From positions 4,554 through 68,553 of IMG/VR virus record IMGVR_UViG_3300017992_000023: 64,000 nucleotides of DNA, one strand, 5' to 3'. This document shows positions 32,601 through 40,749 of the stretch, piece by piece. The notes under the pieces are model-generated. The model worked only from the letters and a program-made list of their open reading frames with translations. It did not search any database and was not told the origin of the DNA. The position numbers were made by a program, and so were the translations under genes. Source of the stretch: a virus. How positions within the stretch are numbered: the first letter of the stretch is position 1; each line of letters opens with the position of its first letter.

Positions 32601-33504
32601 CCTGCGTCGTAATGCTTTCGGTGCTCCATTCATTACATATACAATGAAGGCACTCCCAGCTGTTGTTCGTGGGCTCTCTAGGAACCCTCAGAAGTTTATC
32701 AAATATGCCGCTCTCCCATCTATTATGAGCGCCTATGCTGTCAGTTCTTTAGGAGATCTGACTCCCGAGGAGATAGATGAGATTGAGAAGAACATGCCTA
32801 AGTGGATGCGAGAGAAGTCCTCTGTGTACTTGTGGCCGACTAAAGATGCCAACGGTAAGATCGTACCCGTAGACTTTGGGTACTACTTCCCTTGGGCTCC
32901 TTGGCAAGATGTAGCTACTAAGAGTATCGGTAAGTTCCAGTACGCTGAGACTGGTGAAGACTATGCTTACGGAGCAGTCTCTGCAGCTTGGGATGGAGCT
33001 AATAGTCTTGGCTTACTCGGAGGTCCTATCCCAACCACTATTGTATCTCTTCTGTCCAATAAAGATACCTTTATGGGTAGGGAGATCGTAAGTGCAGGGG
33101 ACTCCGCAGGCACCGCGCTCGCTAAGATCTGGAACTACGGCTACGCTATGATGGCCCCTCCATTCTTGACTAATCACGGTGTAGCTGGTAAACTTATGGA
33201 TCATTATGACATGAGTATCTTAGGGCTTCCCAATAACAATGTTGACATTGAAGGGAACCAAAAAGAGACAATGTCTCAGTCCATACTCCGCGGTCTAGGT
33301 GTAAGCAGCTATGCAACTACAGTCAAACAGACTAAGTATCGTCGCGCTCAAGAGCACAAAGCTGAACTAAGAAAACTACAAACTGCAAGATCTAAGGTTG
33401 TAAAGAACCAGGGACTCTCTAAACAACAGAAAGTTAGAGAAATTCAAGATATCAACAGACGAATGATCCTGCTCAACAGAAAATACAGTGAGACTACGAA
33501 ATGA
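26608..33504 (+). CDS. Large polyvalent internal virion/DNA-ejection protein
   Basis: 2298 aa; G/A-rich hydrophobic N-terminal helices, acidic Pro-rich linker, Rho-N/HeH-like motif (ELTVPQMRQLLKEANVPGRSK), zincin-like HELVGH motif, helical C-terminus. Confidence 0.75.
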   Translation: MALTEAQLKAIEEYNKSRTSSPKLGQTQDTRWEFTKGVSSGIDQLQGMGYGLAALAGDAIGSEGLREFGLEGYERNVQEAQENAPRIGRVEDVESFGDFTDLVSGTLGQLVPTAAAMATGGGLAGMAVKSAARNQITKLAGEALAKRVALAQTAGTFGASMGMATGGIYGDVASEGAEGAGAILPALAGGAASGALDALPILRLGKAFGFGGELKKKIVGKIGERIAKEGGKQAFIEGGTEALQSTIEEATKAFIMERGLPDDMGSILLNSVVAGAIGGSVMGGATGAIAGESPPPGPIEKAAQGLEKQVEEGKNPVSGEDFGFSDIAAASNQLQSIDQQIKANPNGPMASKLREKAGVVLDEIANKYILGETDAEGKRVEPIKVAKMEAEDLINFYRDYVGGGEIEIGGVAPETNEQREARLADEEAARVGKAEREQGTMAEGPQNIAEEEREAMNQQLNAEAAAQVEEEQILQAETEKLTNAIEERAEEIVNPTPEPEATPEPKPVPEVEPEDPIEPEEVAETVQDTSDEDVIRELPEFIPQEEAPEVAAEAEAQAEIATERREPEIEKAEAIAVEAKIAEQTEKDLAEKVAEDNQKLEESLQVVRNMASEGASIESLNKALDLISQKTGNPDARGMGEAIIIEEMKKRQENYNKWAEFYRLSEKPVDSFTGTPPVGYVFGSDYVPSKFWNARRVIKPDEYMDGVREDMEKNFGPDPFKKEASNLADKKAKTVQEPALSDSEAAEGGQVQETMEDRDAERARRLPELTVPQMRQLLKEANVPGRSKFKKKPDLVNAVLENINGLETTIDEMLSFKKGAKKPTAKATLKKQKEARDALEAKREREAALADDPLAQAAMEEGIDIPEVTRDGENIGKEELRKMEQEMLDLERGQDDLAGTGLEDFGSYDEDPFEFSVTEMGKGMEFTKAKNIAKGELRQVLESSEYNEHQKEVAERMIRYIDEKQMIPDYKLYIDMQSDAARDAMGLNAPSGSLPQLEGREVLLNDNPLFKYRLTGQWKKRAGRYVLQGIDQKTSQTVWTTAGSLGLNSEVDALIRRSEMKVIRDFEKSPARTAESFSRSILEQRLQFGVRGNYIPGDTEFAKRYEKRIKELEKDFYNWVSKLKIPSGEIKFVFIKDMSDAPDSLGRKATLPVELGYGGMHRSKPGAPTEIYMNPHNFVLYQDYKKEFLGTFLHELVGHHGLRRLFDSIGFNYANGGISKYDDFLDRIADTNREILEKALDLRFRWDKIDLKGGRLKGQKGSGIRPYTVVGQDGKTKETIYVSNEARRRLLDEYIAERAKEFSDPKLREKWTKGEESLMKRLRTWVKHRLRTIFGEHKITDEDLMAMVAQSYENLYGQGVALPNAKGKKKLMVKPRLETLAQMTEQDVGYDQFSPAESYNEAADNGDLPPRTKEEAYQERLEALKQAAAEGMSIKEITAADAVMNSGYADVTENAFTSYGIKVWRKFRNEFTPMYSFFNAEGTLRNHKMKEAVAQKVLGNIERTNVLARKAQKVLKNLSQQQKRVVMEFMRSDRINVEDINLTQSQKDALVSYKEEISKFGERLVRIGKLDPETYLANQGKYLPARYMLYASRAMGSGRKASPLTYLMKKAPELTARDKAMLGELQNPEFIIPEALSLIGRDVALLEYTHLIGKLSSEKDLGWVLGDNKIEQYNTGKKITIDRAETLVESYRKILEDVRRGDLTYEPEHVKALEEELAHTENELKKYNEALEAKIKSEVGLPLDQPFPADEFKKAVSHAYRKMPMERGYGDLAGRWVRKEIYDEFTETTFAIEDMNGLTKALAPGGKMDRANQLWKLSKVVLNPPSWFRNAIGNFVLLDIASPTNSLKLMKMWVEELVKVYKGKPSEYWAAAHEHGLFGTTYSSSEIYLLSEMTNATHAAKVAREMQNLEGSVKSQWLKIQGMMLATGEAAANFYGGLEGVSKAVAMRDYIERWTRENGVDSLKSLDQAQRDAVMNRSVIHANEAIFDYSNVTAWFKDLRRNAFGAPFITYTMKALPAVVRGLSRNPQKFIKYAALPSIMSAYAVSSLGDLTPEEIDEIEKNMPKWMREKSSVYLWPTKDANGKIVPVDFGYYFPWAPWQDVATKSIGKFQYAETGEDYAYGAVSAAWDGANSLGLLGGPIPTTIVSLLSNKDTFMGREIVSAGDSAGTALAKIWNYGYAMMAPPFLTNHGVAGKLMDHYDMSILGLPNNNVDIEGNQKETMSQSILRGLGVSSYATTVKQTKYRRAQEHKAELRKLQTARSKVVKNQGLSKQQKVREIQDINRRMILLNRKYSETTK

Positions 33505-33830
33505 GAAATGAGAAAACTGAGTATGATGGCGATCAGGACACTCGTCTCTCTCGACTAGAAGCAATCGTGGAGAACCTAGCTCTCGAAGTTAGGGACCTCA
33601 AGGAGATTATGGTTGCTTCCGGAAAGACTAATTGGAATGTTCTGGCATCGTGGGCAGCAGTTATTTTGGCTATCATCTCTATCGGTGCCTCAGGTTATAT
33701 CTCAGACCTATCTAATCTAGAGAAGAAGATGGATGAGATCACTGCTAGGCAGATAGAGATGAGAGTCATTGAGGCTCGCATGGAGGAGCGCCTTCACTGG
33801 ACACTAAAAGAGGCTGATCATCACGAATGA
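33501..33830 (+). CDS. Membrane protein of the lysis region (one TM segment plus coiled coil)
   Basis: TM segment WNVLASWAAVILAIISIGASGYI; directly precedes the endolysin. Confidence 0.55.
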   Translation: MRNEKTEYDGDQDTRLSRLEAIVENLALEVRDLKEIMVASGKTNWNVLASWAAVILAIISIGASGYISDLSNLEKKMDEITARQIEMRVIEARMEERLHWTLKEADHHE

Positions 33831-34183
33831 TTTACTTTAACTATTCAGAATTTGACTCACCAGACCAACCGGGATCTGGAGAAGCCCACATGGACCCTGA
33901 GTTCTTAGAGATGCTTGATAAGGCTAGGATCATCTCAGGAGTTCCCTACAATATCACCTCTGGATTCAGGACTGAAGCCCATAATAGGAGTGTTGGTGGA
34001 AGCCCTACTTCAAGCCATAGGGACGGGTATGCCGCTGATATTGGATATAGCTCTAAGAAAGAGGCCCTTCGAATCATTCAAGGGCTTGTAAGAGCTGGCT
34101 TTAGGCGGATAGGGATGGCCAACACATTTATCCATGTAGATAATGACCCGAATAAACCGGAGGCCTACTGGGGCTATGAGTAA
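33827..34183 (+). CDS. Endolysin, peptidase M15A family
   Basis: ITSGFR...HN..VGG...SSH..GYAADI and FIHVD Zn-peptidase motifs. Confidence 0.9.
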   Translation: MIYFNYSEFDSPDQPGSGEAHMDPEFLEMLDKARIISGVPYNITSGFRTEAHNRSVGGSPTSSHRDGYAADIGYSSKKEALRIIQGLVRAGFRRIGMANTFIHVDNDPNKPEAYWGYE

Positions 34184-34418
34184 CTTCATTTACAAACACG
34201 GCGTACTGAGTGTACTCGTAGCTCTATGGGCTATGGGTCTCGTAGGCTATGCTACATACATGATGTTCTCAGACATCTCATTAATTACCGCGGCTGCTAA
34301 TGCTGCCTATGCATCTCTGCTGGGACTGCCTCCAGCAGCAATAGCACTTTATAAATGGAGAAATTCTAATGTGGGGAACAGTACTAAGCCTCGGTCCAAA
34401 GATTCTGGGGATAGCTAA
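34176..34418 (+). CDS. Putative holin (two TM segments)
   Basis: Likely start ATG 34176 (GGAGG upstream); two hydrophobic segments and a basic tail. Confidence 0.6.
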   Translation: MSNFIYKHGVLSVLVALWAMGLVGYATYMMFSDISLITAAANAAYASLLGLPPAAIALYKWRNSNVGNSTKPRSKDSGDS

Positions 34419-34731
34419 AGGCAACCCTATGATCATAGGGGCTGTGCTAGCCATAGCATTCTCTGGATGGATTGGATATAAGGTAGCTCAGGCTAAATAT
34501 GAGTCTGAGAAAGTTGAAGCTCTTGAAAACCTTATCATACAGCAACAGTTGATCTCTGAAGAAAACATGGAGATTAACGAAGATGTCGTTGAGGTTGTCG
34601 AGGTTATCAGGTGGAAAGAACGGGTAGTTCTTGAACAGGTAGACAATTATGTGGAAGAAAATTCTAGTGCTCTTGATTGCGAGCTTGATGCTGACGGGCT
34701 GCAGCTTTGGAACTCTGCAGGTCAGGAGTGA
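34369..34731 (+). CDS. Inner-membrane spanin (Rz-like)
   Basis: N-terminal TM segment, coiled coil, C-terminal C.LDADGL..WN. Confidence 0.75.
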   Translation: MWGTVLSLGPKILGIAKGNPMIIGAVLAIAFSGWIGYKVAQAKYESEKVEALENLIIQQQLISEENMEINEDVVEVVEVIRWKERVVLEQVDNYVEENSSALDCELDADGLQLWNSAGQE

Positions 34732-34894
34732 ATACCCAGCACAGACGCTGGTGAAGTGTCCTCCTCGCGTGGATGCGACGGACGGTAGGTTTAAAGCGTT
34801 GATTAAGCATCACGTCCGACAGAACGCTCAATACGATGAGTGTGCTGCCAGACATAATGAGTTAGTTGACGTTATTCAGGAGAGATCTCAATGA
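34649..34894 (+). CDS. Outer-membrane lipoprotein spanin (Rz1-like)
   Basis: Lipobox LTGC, overlaps the i-spanin, Y.EC..RH..LV motif. Confidence 0.8.
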   Translation: MWKKILVLLIASLMLTGCSFGTLQVRSEYPAQTLVKCPPRVDATDGRFKALIKHHVRQNAQYDECAARHNELVDVIQERSQ

Positions 34895-35072
34895 ACGTTG
34901 CTTGATACAACTTCAAGTAGCATCGGGCGATCTCTAAGAAGCCCATCTCCTCTTCAGTGATAGTACTCGGGTCTCTCCCATAGAAGTTAGCGACATACTC
35001 TGCAAGATTATCTGCAATCTTACCAAAAGTATCTCTCTCTTCTATGGAGAACCTTTCATTGCCATCAGACAT
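34872..35072 (-). CDS. Hypothetical protein
   Basis: Likely start MSDGNER at 35072 with GGAG RBS. Confidence 0.5.
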   Translation of the reverse strand: MSDGNERFSIEERDTFGKIADNLAEYVANFYGRDPSTITEEEMGFLEIARCYLKLYQATFIEISPE

Positions 35073-35292
35073 CTGACGACTCCCCAATGATTTTATTGAT
35101 CTCTCCAATCGAGTTATCGATTCGATACTGAAGGCCATTCAAAGCCAGTGAGCGTACCTCTGCATCATTCATGATCTTCAATTGCTGTTCAGTCTCAGCA
35201 ATCACTTGGTTCTTCAATCCTTGCAGCTTATTCTTCTGCTGGATAAAACCCTTCATGATACCATCAAATTTCTTATGTACGTCAGTCATCAT
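35065..35292 (-). CDS. Hypothetical coiled-coil protein
   Basis: 75 aa, AGGAG RBS. Confidence 0.55.
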   Translation of the reverse strand: MMTDVHKKFDGIMKGFIQQKNKLQGLKNQVIAETEQQLKIMNDAEVRSLALNGLQYRIDNSIGEINKIIGESSDV

Positions 35293-35302
35293 ATTCTCCT
35301 GA

Positions 35303-36280
35303 TTAATCCCAAAGGCTTCCTGTTAAGGTGCCAGTTTTAGCGTAGTCGGTGGATCGCTTTTCGAAGAAGTTGGTGTGGACTTCTGCGTTGATGATCCAAT
35401 CAAGCCATCCCAGGGGGTTATACTTAACTCCATAGTTAGCTTTGAGCCCCAATTGCAGCAATCGTCTATCTGCGATATAACGGATATACTGTTTGACTTC
35501 TTCAGCCTCAAGACCCTCAATGCCGCCCATCTCAAAAGCAAGGTCGATAAAGTGATCTTCAAGTTCAACCATCTTTCTCGCAATCTCATAGATCTCCCTC
35601 TTGAAGTCATCCGTCCAGATCCATCGATGCTGTTTAATGAACTCCCTGAAAAGCCATAGCATTCCTTCGATGTGTAGAGACTCATCTTTGATGCTCCACT
35701 CTACGATGGTACACATACCCTTCATCTTGTTGAACCGCTGAAAGTTCATCAAGATCGCAAAGCTACTGAAGAGCTGTAAGCCCTCGGTGAAACCTGAGTA
35801 GACAGCTAGGCTTTTAGCCACACTCTCTAAGTACTCATTACTCCCCTCCTCTCCAACGATTTTGAACTGCTCAACATAGTTGTGCTTGTCCGCCATCTCC
35901 TTGAAGCTCGTGAAAGCTTGGTACTCTACCTCATCCATCCCTACCGTATCAAGTAGGAGACTATACGCATGCATATGGACTGACTCCATATTAGCGAAAG
36001 CTCCCATCATCATCCTCAGTTCCGGTAGTTTAAAAACCGGGATATAGTTATCGAAATACCCTTGAGCTACATCGGCGTCTCCCTGTGTGAAGAACCTAAA
36101 GAGCTGTGTCAATAGATTCTTCTCAGGAAGAGTAAGCTTGTTATTCCAATCAGATACATCTGTGTGGAGTGGAACTTCTTCAGGAAGCCATCCCATCTTC
36201 TGTTGCTGATGGTAGAACTCAAATGCAGCTGGATACTGAAAGGGTTTATAGTGTGCCCTTGTGTCCAGGATGCTGCTCAT
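35303..36280 (-). CDS. nrdB: Ribonucleotide reductase class Ia beta subunit
   Basis: WLPEEV, FFTQGD, ESVHMHAY (metal ligands and radical Tyr), TEGLQLFSSF, DESLH, NFFE. Confidence 0.95.
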   Translation of the reverse strand: MSSILDTRAHYKPFQYPAAFEFYHQQQKMGWLPEEVPLHTDVSDWNNKLTLPEKNLLTQLFRFFTQGDADVAQGYFDNYIPVFKLPELRMMMGAFANMESVHMHAYSLLLDTVGMDEVEYQAFTSFKEMADKHNYVEQFKIVGEEGSNEYLESVAKSLAVYSGFTEGLQLFSSFAILMNFQRFNKMKGMCTIVEWSIKDESLHIEGMLWLFREFIKQHRWIWTDDFKREIYEIARKMVELEDHFIDLAFEMGGIEGLEAEEVKQYIRYIADRRLLQLGLKANYGVKYNPLGWLDWIINAEVHTNFFEKRSTDYAKTGTLTGSLWD

Positions 36281-36480
36281 TACTTCACTACCTCCCCATC
36301 CACCTGGATATACATGATCTTGTCGGGGTTGAAGATTGTATACCCCTCATCACTGAAGATCCGTAACCAAGTTCCAGATGCATCAAACCATTTTACGTTG
36401 TTTAGAACAACTACTCGGTCTTCCAAGTACATCCTACGAGTCTTCTCATCCACGTTAACTCTGCTATGTGCAGCCATCAT
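36280..36480 (-). CDS. Hypothetical protein
   Basis: 66 aa, GAGGAG RBS, coupled to nrdB. Confidence 0.6.
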   Translation of the reverse strand: MMAAHSRVNVDEKTRRMYLEDRVVVLNNVKWFDASGTWLRIFSDEGYTIFNPDKIMYIQVDGEVVK

Positions 36481-36619
36481 TATTCTCCTCTAGCCCTTTT
36501 AGGCCTTCAATCAAGTGGTCAAGGACTGCCTGGGCCTCAAGATACTCACCGTCCTTGATTAGTTCCTGGCAAATCTTTAACCACATCTCTGCATGTATTA
36601 CCCTTCGCAATTCAGACAT
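36464..36619 (-). CDS. Small hypothetical protein (51 aa)
   Basis: MSELRRVIHAEMWLKICQELIKDGEYLEAQAVLDHLIEGLKGLEENNDGCT*, fills the gap after nrdA. Confidence 0.45.
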   Translation of the reverse strand: MSELRRVIHAEMWLKICQELIKDGEYLEAQAVLDHLIEGLKGLEENNDGCT

Positions 36620-38442
36620 TCGTCTGCACTCCCGAAAGGATCATCTAGCCGAATTCTCTCTACACTTTCTGAGAGGTTCTCGGCCTTCCTTGCCCCCTCA
36701 GATCGACAGTAATAGAGGGACTTCATTCCCTTAGCCCAAGCTAGTGTGTGGAGCCTGGAGAACTTCTTGATATCATACCCTTGGTAGATGAACAGATTCA
36801 CAGACTGTGACTGACAGAGGTAAATCTGACGATCCCCCGCTAGTCCAATAATGTACTCCTGGTCAATCTCCTTGGCAGTCTTGAAGACCTCTTTCTCCCA
36901 TTCAGTCAAGCAGTCTATCCCTTGGACTGATCCATCGTCAACCAAGATCTGCTTCCAGACCTCATTTAGCCACTCTCGATCTCGTCCAAGCTCTTTCATT
37001 CGCTCATAGAGGATCGCCTCCAGGTGCTTATTCTTGATCTCAACCGTGCCAGTAAGAGTCTGCTGTACGTAAGCATTCGCTTTCCAAGGCTCGATGCTGG
37101 GACTAGTATTAAGAAGAATACTTGTAGAAGCATTAGGAGCAATAGCAAGAAGATGGGCATTACGTAGTCCAGTCCCGACCATATCCTCTGGCTCACCACG
37201 CTCTTTAGCCAAAAGCTTCGAAGCTTCAACTGCCCTCTCCTTAACCAATCTAAAGACCCTGTGGTTGATAGAAGCAGCCATCACATTCTCAAATGGAACA
37301 TTCTTAGACTGTAAGTAGCTATGGAACCCCAAGGCTCCCAGACCCAGAGACCGCTCTGCTGCCGCGGACTTCACTGCTTTCGGGATATGCTGGGCATTCC
37401 TGATAAAGTACTCCAAGACATTATCCAAGTATCTTATAGCAAAGTAGATAAAATCTGGATCCTCTGACCACTCATCAAACTTCTCTACATTCACAGAGGC
37501 TAGACAACAGACCGCTGTTCGTTCATCGTTAGTAGGAAGGGTAATCTCAGAGCATAGATTACTGTGATGAATCTTCAGGCCTTTAGCTTTCTGAGTCTCT
37601 GGAAGATCTCTGTTAGCCGTATCTACAAAGAAGATATATGGCTCACCAGTAGCTGCTCTCAATTGCAAGATCTTCTCATACAACTCACGAACCTTTAGCG
37701 TACCAGTTACTTGTCCACTGTCTGGATCAATTAGATGCCAGTCAGGATCTTCCCCATTCTCAAGGGCATCTCTAACCAGTTCCATGAATACATCCGGGAT
37801 ATTAACTCCTTGATGAAGGTTCAAGTTCTTACGGTTGATATCGCCTCCGGAGGGCTTACGCATCTCCAGGAACTCGATGATCTCTGGATGGTCAAGATCC
37901 ATATAGGCTGCATAAGAGCCCCTACGAGTCTTGCCCTGAGCCCATGCGAGCATTTGGCTATCAACTACGTGAAGAAAAGGTATGCTACCAGTGCTAACAG
38001 ACCCATTGCTAGTAGTAGCTCCATCAGAACGTATATCGCCCCAATAGCCACCAATGCCTCCTCCGAAGGACGATAGCCAAGCATTTTCAGTATAGTGAGC
38101 ATTTAGTCCTATCCGACTGTCAGGCACATAGTTCAAGAAACAACTGATAGGCATCCCACCCTTTGTACTCTTGAAGTGTGTACTATTAAAGCTATCAAGT
38201 GGGTCTCCTTCAGCCCAAGAGATCCTCTCAGGAGCTGTAGATAACTCAGGAGATGCCGCGGATAGCCACTGCATACTCAGGTACTGATAGATCTTCTCAG
38301 CCATCTCAGGATAATCGGAGAAAGCCCGAGCAGTACGCAAATACATCTCTTGTGGGCTCTCTTCTCCTGGAATGAAATACCTATCTTTAAGAGTGAGCTT
38401 TGCGAAGTCCGTCAGCAAATTGTCACGTTCATAATCAATCAC
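36598..38442 (-). CDS. nrdA: Ribonucleotide reductase class Ia alpha subunit (no ATP cone)
   Basis: PISCF, SNLCSEI, AVCCL, AIAPNASTS, QSQSVNL, KSLYY, C-terminal CLNCEG. Confidence 0.95.
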   Translation of the reverse strand: MIDYERDNLLTDFAKLTLKDRYFIPGEESPQEMYLRTARAFSDYPEMAEKIYQYLSMQWLSAASPELSTAPERISWAEGDPLDSFNSTHFKSTKGGMPISCFLNYVPDSRIGLNAHYTENAWLSSFGGGIGGYWGDIRSDGATTSNGSVSTGSIPFLHVVDSQMLAWAQGKTRRGSYAAYMDLDHPEIIEFLEMRKPSGGDINRKNLNLHQGVNIPDVFMELVRDALENGEDPDWHLIDPDSGQVTGTLKVRELYEKILQLRAATGEPYIFFVDTANRDLPETQKAKGLKIHHSNLCSEITLPTNDERTAVCCLASVNVEKFDEWSEDPDFIYFAIRYLDNVLEYFIRNAQHIPKAVKSAAAERSLGLGALGFHSYLQSKNVPFENVMAASINHRVFRLVKERAVEASKLLAKERGEPEDMVGTGLRNAHLLAIAPNASTSILLNTSPSIEPWKANAYVQQTLTGTVEIKNKHLEAILYERMKELGRDREWLNEVWKQILVDDGSVQGIDCLTEWEKEVFKTAKEIDQEYIIGLAGDRQIYLCQSQSVNLFIYQGYDIKKFSRLHTLAWAKGMKSLYYCRSEGARKAENLSESVERIRLDDPFGSADECLNCEG

Positions 38443-38890
38443 TCCCTTCCTCCTTTACTATGCACATGGCTTGGTACAACTGGTCAGCGCGCATTTCGGC
38501 GTCGGCACCCTTTACTATAATCGCCCCTGGTTGATTCCATTCGGCTGGCTCATTCATAAAGAACTGATTCCATGTATCGACAGCCTCCTGATTGCTCTCG
38601 TTGGCCTTGATAGAAAACTCCAAGAGAGCTAACACATTCCAAGCAGCATGAGCTAAGTGAGCCAAGCCAGATTCCTCATCCACTCCATCCTGCATGAGAT
38701 GCCGGAAGAGAGCATCTCGATATCGATCAGGATCTACGGTCTTCCAGCCATTCGGGGTATACTTCTCAGCACCGAACGTCCCAACCTTAGCAACCTCCAT
38801 AAGCGCCTTGTTAAAGCCGCCCAATACCAAGCCAGCTCGTGGCTTACCCGCGTCGTATTTAACACCTGCTTCAGCGCTCATCACCGTCAC
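38435..38890 (-). CDS. dATP/dGTP diphosphohydrolase domain (DUF5664-like) protein
   Basis: G.KYD.GK, FGA.KY...W, A..RHL, D.ESGL.HLAHAAWN. Confidence 0.85.
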   Translation of the reverse strand: MTVMSAEAGVKYDAGKPRAGLVLGGFNKALMEVAKVGTFGAEKYTPNGWKTVDPDRYRDALFRHLMQDGVDEESGLAHLAHAAWNVLALLEFSIKANESNQEAVDTWNQFFMNEPAEWNQPGAIIVKGADAEMRADQLYQAMCIVKEEGSD

Positions 38891-39200
38891 CCTTAATAGT
38901 TCCTGCCTTCAACCGACCCGTCAGTTTATCCCGATTCTCAGCCATAATCTCCTCAGGGCTCCAACCAAAGTGATCGCATAGTCGAACCATAAACCAGAAG
39001 AGATCTCCCATCTCTTTTCGGGCTCGATCCATCGCTTCGTCAAGCCCATAGTCCCCGCGGTCATTCTTTGCGAATGCAGAGAAGAACTCTCCGACCTCTC
39101 CAACAAACCCGTTCATCAGATAGTCGTACTCATGCTCTTTTGGGTACTTGGCTACAGTTCGAGTAAAAGCCATGTAATCATCGATCAAGATCTTACTCAT
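38871..39200 (-). CDS. MazG-like nucleoside triphosphate pyrophosphohydrolase
   Basis: GFVGEVGE, KEMGDLFW, N..KL..R...G.IKGDGD.R. Confidence 0.85.
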   Translation of the reverse strand: MSKILIDDYMAFTRTVAKYPKEHEYDYLMNGFVGEVGEFFSAFAKNDRGDYGLDEAMDRARKEMGDLFWFMVRLCDHFGWSPEEIMAENRDKLTGRLKAGTIKGDGDER

Positions 39201-39209
39201 GTTGTTTCC

Positions 39210-39461
39210 TTAGTGAGTGATTTCATCATCAGATTTCCTTGCTACCAATGGATTCAGTTTGATAAACTTGATGTTATCAGACGGGATGATCAATAGAGGG
39301 ATCTCAGATAGATTATCATTGTAGAAGACTAAAGTATCATTGGCACCCTCAGCATTCCCGAAGGCAGTACAAACTGCTTCCATTGGATCTGAACCATCGC
39401 GCCATACAATGGTGATCTTTGTTTCCTCATGTTTTCCGTCTGGAAAGTTCACAACAGCCAT
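39210..39461 (-). CDS. Hypothetical protein
   Basis: 83 aa, AGGAG RBS. Confidence 0.6.
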   Translation of the reverse strand: MAVVNFPDGKHEETKITIVWRDGSDPMEAVCTAFGNAEGANDTLVFYNDNLSEIPLLIIPSDNIKFIKLNPLVARKSDDEITH

Positions 39462-39849
39462 ATATTTCTCCTTCTTCTGCGAGAAGATCCAAAAGAAACT
39501 CTCGCATCTCGTAGTTATTTTTTATCAAGCTCAGTAGGTGATCCACTTGAACTACAGCCAGTGTTGGCTTGCGGTTCTTTTTCATGATCAATAGAGGCTC
39601 ATAGTCACCTTTATGATCTGTGGCCTGCTGATAAGCCTCATAGACATTCAGCTTTTCTACCCATTTACACTCAATAACGTAGGGCATACGTACTCTAGCA
39701 GCTGGACTAAGTTGGACATCCTCTCCACCCTGGCCCATACCCGTAGATCGTACATCATCTTCTTCCAGATCTTGGAACAAGTCTAATATACGATCTCGGA
39801 CCTCCTGCTGTAGCTTACGCCCTTTCTGTTTAGCGCTCGCTGGTTTCAA
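39427..39849 (-). CDS. Holliday junction resolvase (PD-(D/E)xK)
   Basis: SAKQKGR.LQ, GQGGED, SPAAR, IECK. Confidence 0.8.
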   Translation of the reverse strand: MKPASAKQKGRKLQQEVRDRILDLFQDLEEDDVRSTGMGQGGEDVQLSPAARVRMPYVIECKWVEKLNVYEAYQQATDHKGDYEPLLIMKKNRKPTLAVVQVDHLLSLIKNNYEMREFLLDLLAEEGEIYGCCELSRRKT

Positions 39850-39852
39850 TAG

Positions 39853-40749
39853 CTACCTCTCATCTGGTGGAAGCCAGAGCTCCCCATCGTACTTTTGCAT
39901 CCATAAAAGCCTAGCGATTTCCGTTACCCGCTCACGTAGTGGCATGTCAGGTTTTGGCATACGCTCTCGCTTCTTAGGATCATCAAGTGCATCCTTATAA
40001 CACTCTAAGCAAAACTCCCACAGCTTCTGTTCGTCAGTTGTCTTAAGGGATTCAATCATCTTATCAGCTGTCTTCATCCCAACACGATAGATACCATAGA
40101 TGTTATCCGTCATGTCCCCAACTAGCAGTTGCTTGTAGAAAAACTTGATACCCTCTTCCCAGGAGACTGTGAACAGTTGATTCTTAGGGACGTTAAAGTG
40201 ATCCCCTGGAACCATGTTCAGGTCTTTATCCTGAGTTACAATGCAGCTCTGTCTCCCTTCCTTGCGGTACTTATACTGTGCCTTGGACATACCATCGTCC
40301 GCCTCACAGTTTGTCTCCATTGTTCCGCCGTATTCATCCATGATGAGATCTCTAGTGTACTGCCAATAGTAGGGCCTGCGCTCTACTTCTCGGTTTCCCT
40401 TGTACGGGATGATAGTACCTAGCTTATATCTGAAATTCCCATCATCGTCTGATGTGAGAAAGATCTCATATACAGGACACTTAGTTCGCTCCTTTATAAA
40501 GCGGAGTATACGATCTAAGTGATACCTTACAGCTACTACATTTCGTGGTATAACTAGCTCTTCGATCTCCCAGAAATCATTCTGGTCCTCTTCAAGCCAT
40601 TCAACCAAGTCTTGCTTACAATCGAACGTCCAACGCTCTTTTGTTTCTGTGTTAATCAGGACCTTGAAGCTTTCTTGAGTGAGATGGCCGATCTTATAGA
40701 CCAGCTCATCCCCATCAATCAAAGCAACTCGATCAGTGCTTGTACCCAT
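39853..40749 (-). CDS. 5'-3' exonuclease / RNase H (T7 gp6-like)
   Basis: ALIDGD, NFR, YKGNR, EADD, DKDL, GD.TDNI.G. Confidence 0.9.
   Translation of the reverse strand: MGTSTDRVALIDGDELVYKIGHLTQESFKVLINTETKERWTFDCKQDLVEWLEEDQNDFWEIEELVIPRNVVAVRYHLDRILRFIKERTKCPVYEIFLTSDDDGNFRYKLGTIIPYKGNREVERRPYYWQYTRDLIMDEYGGTMETNCEADDGMSKAQYKYRKEGRQSCIVTQDKDLNMVPGDHFNVPKNQLFTVSWEEGIKFFYKQLLVGDMTDNIYGIYRVGMKTADKMIESLKTTDEQKLWEFCLECYKDALDDPKKRERMPKPDMPLRERVTEIARLLWMQKYDGELWLPPDER

Noticed and set aside
26608-33504. N4-like virion RNA polymerase
   Set aside because: Shorter than the N4 enzyme and no polymerase motifs recognised; motifs fit a polyvalent ejection protein
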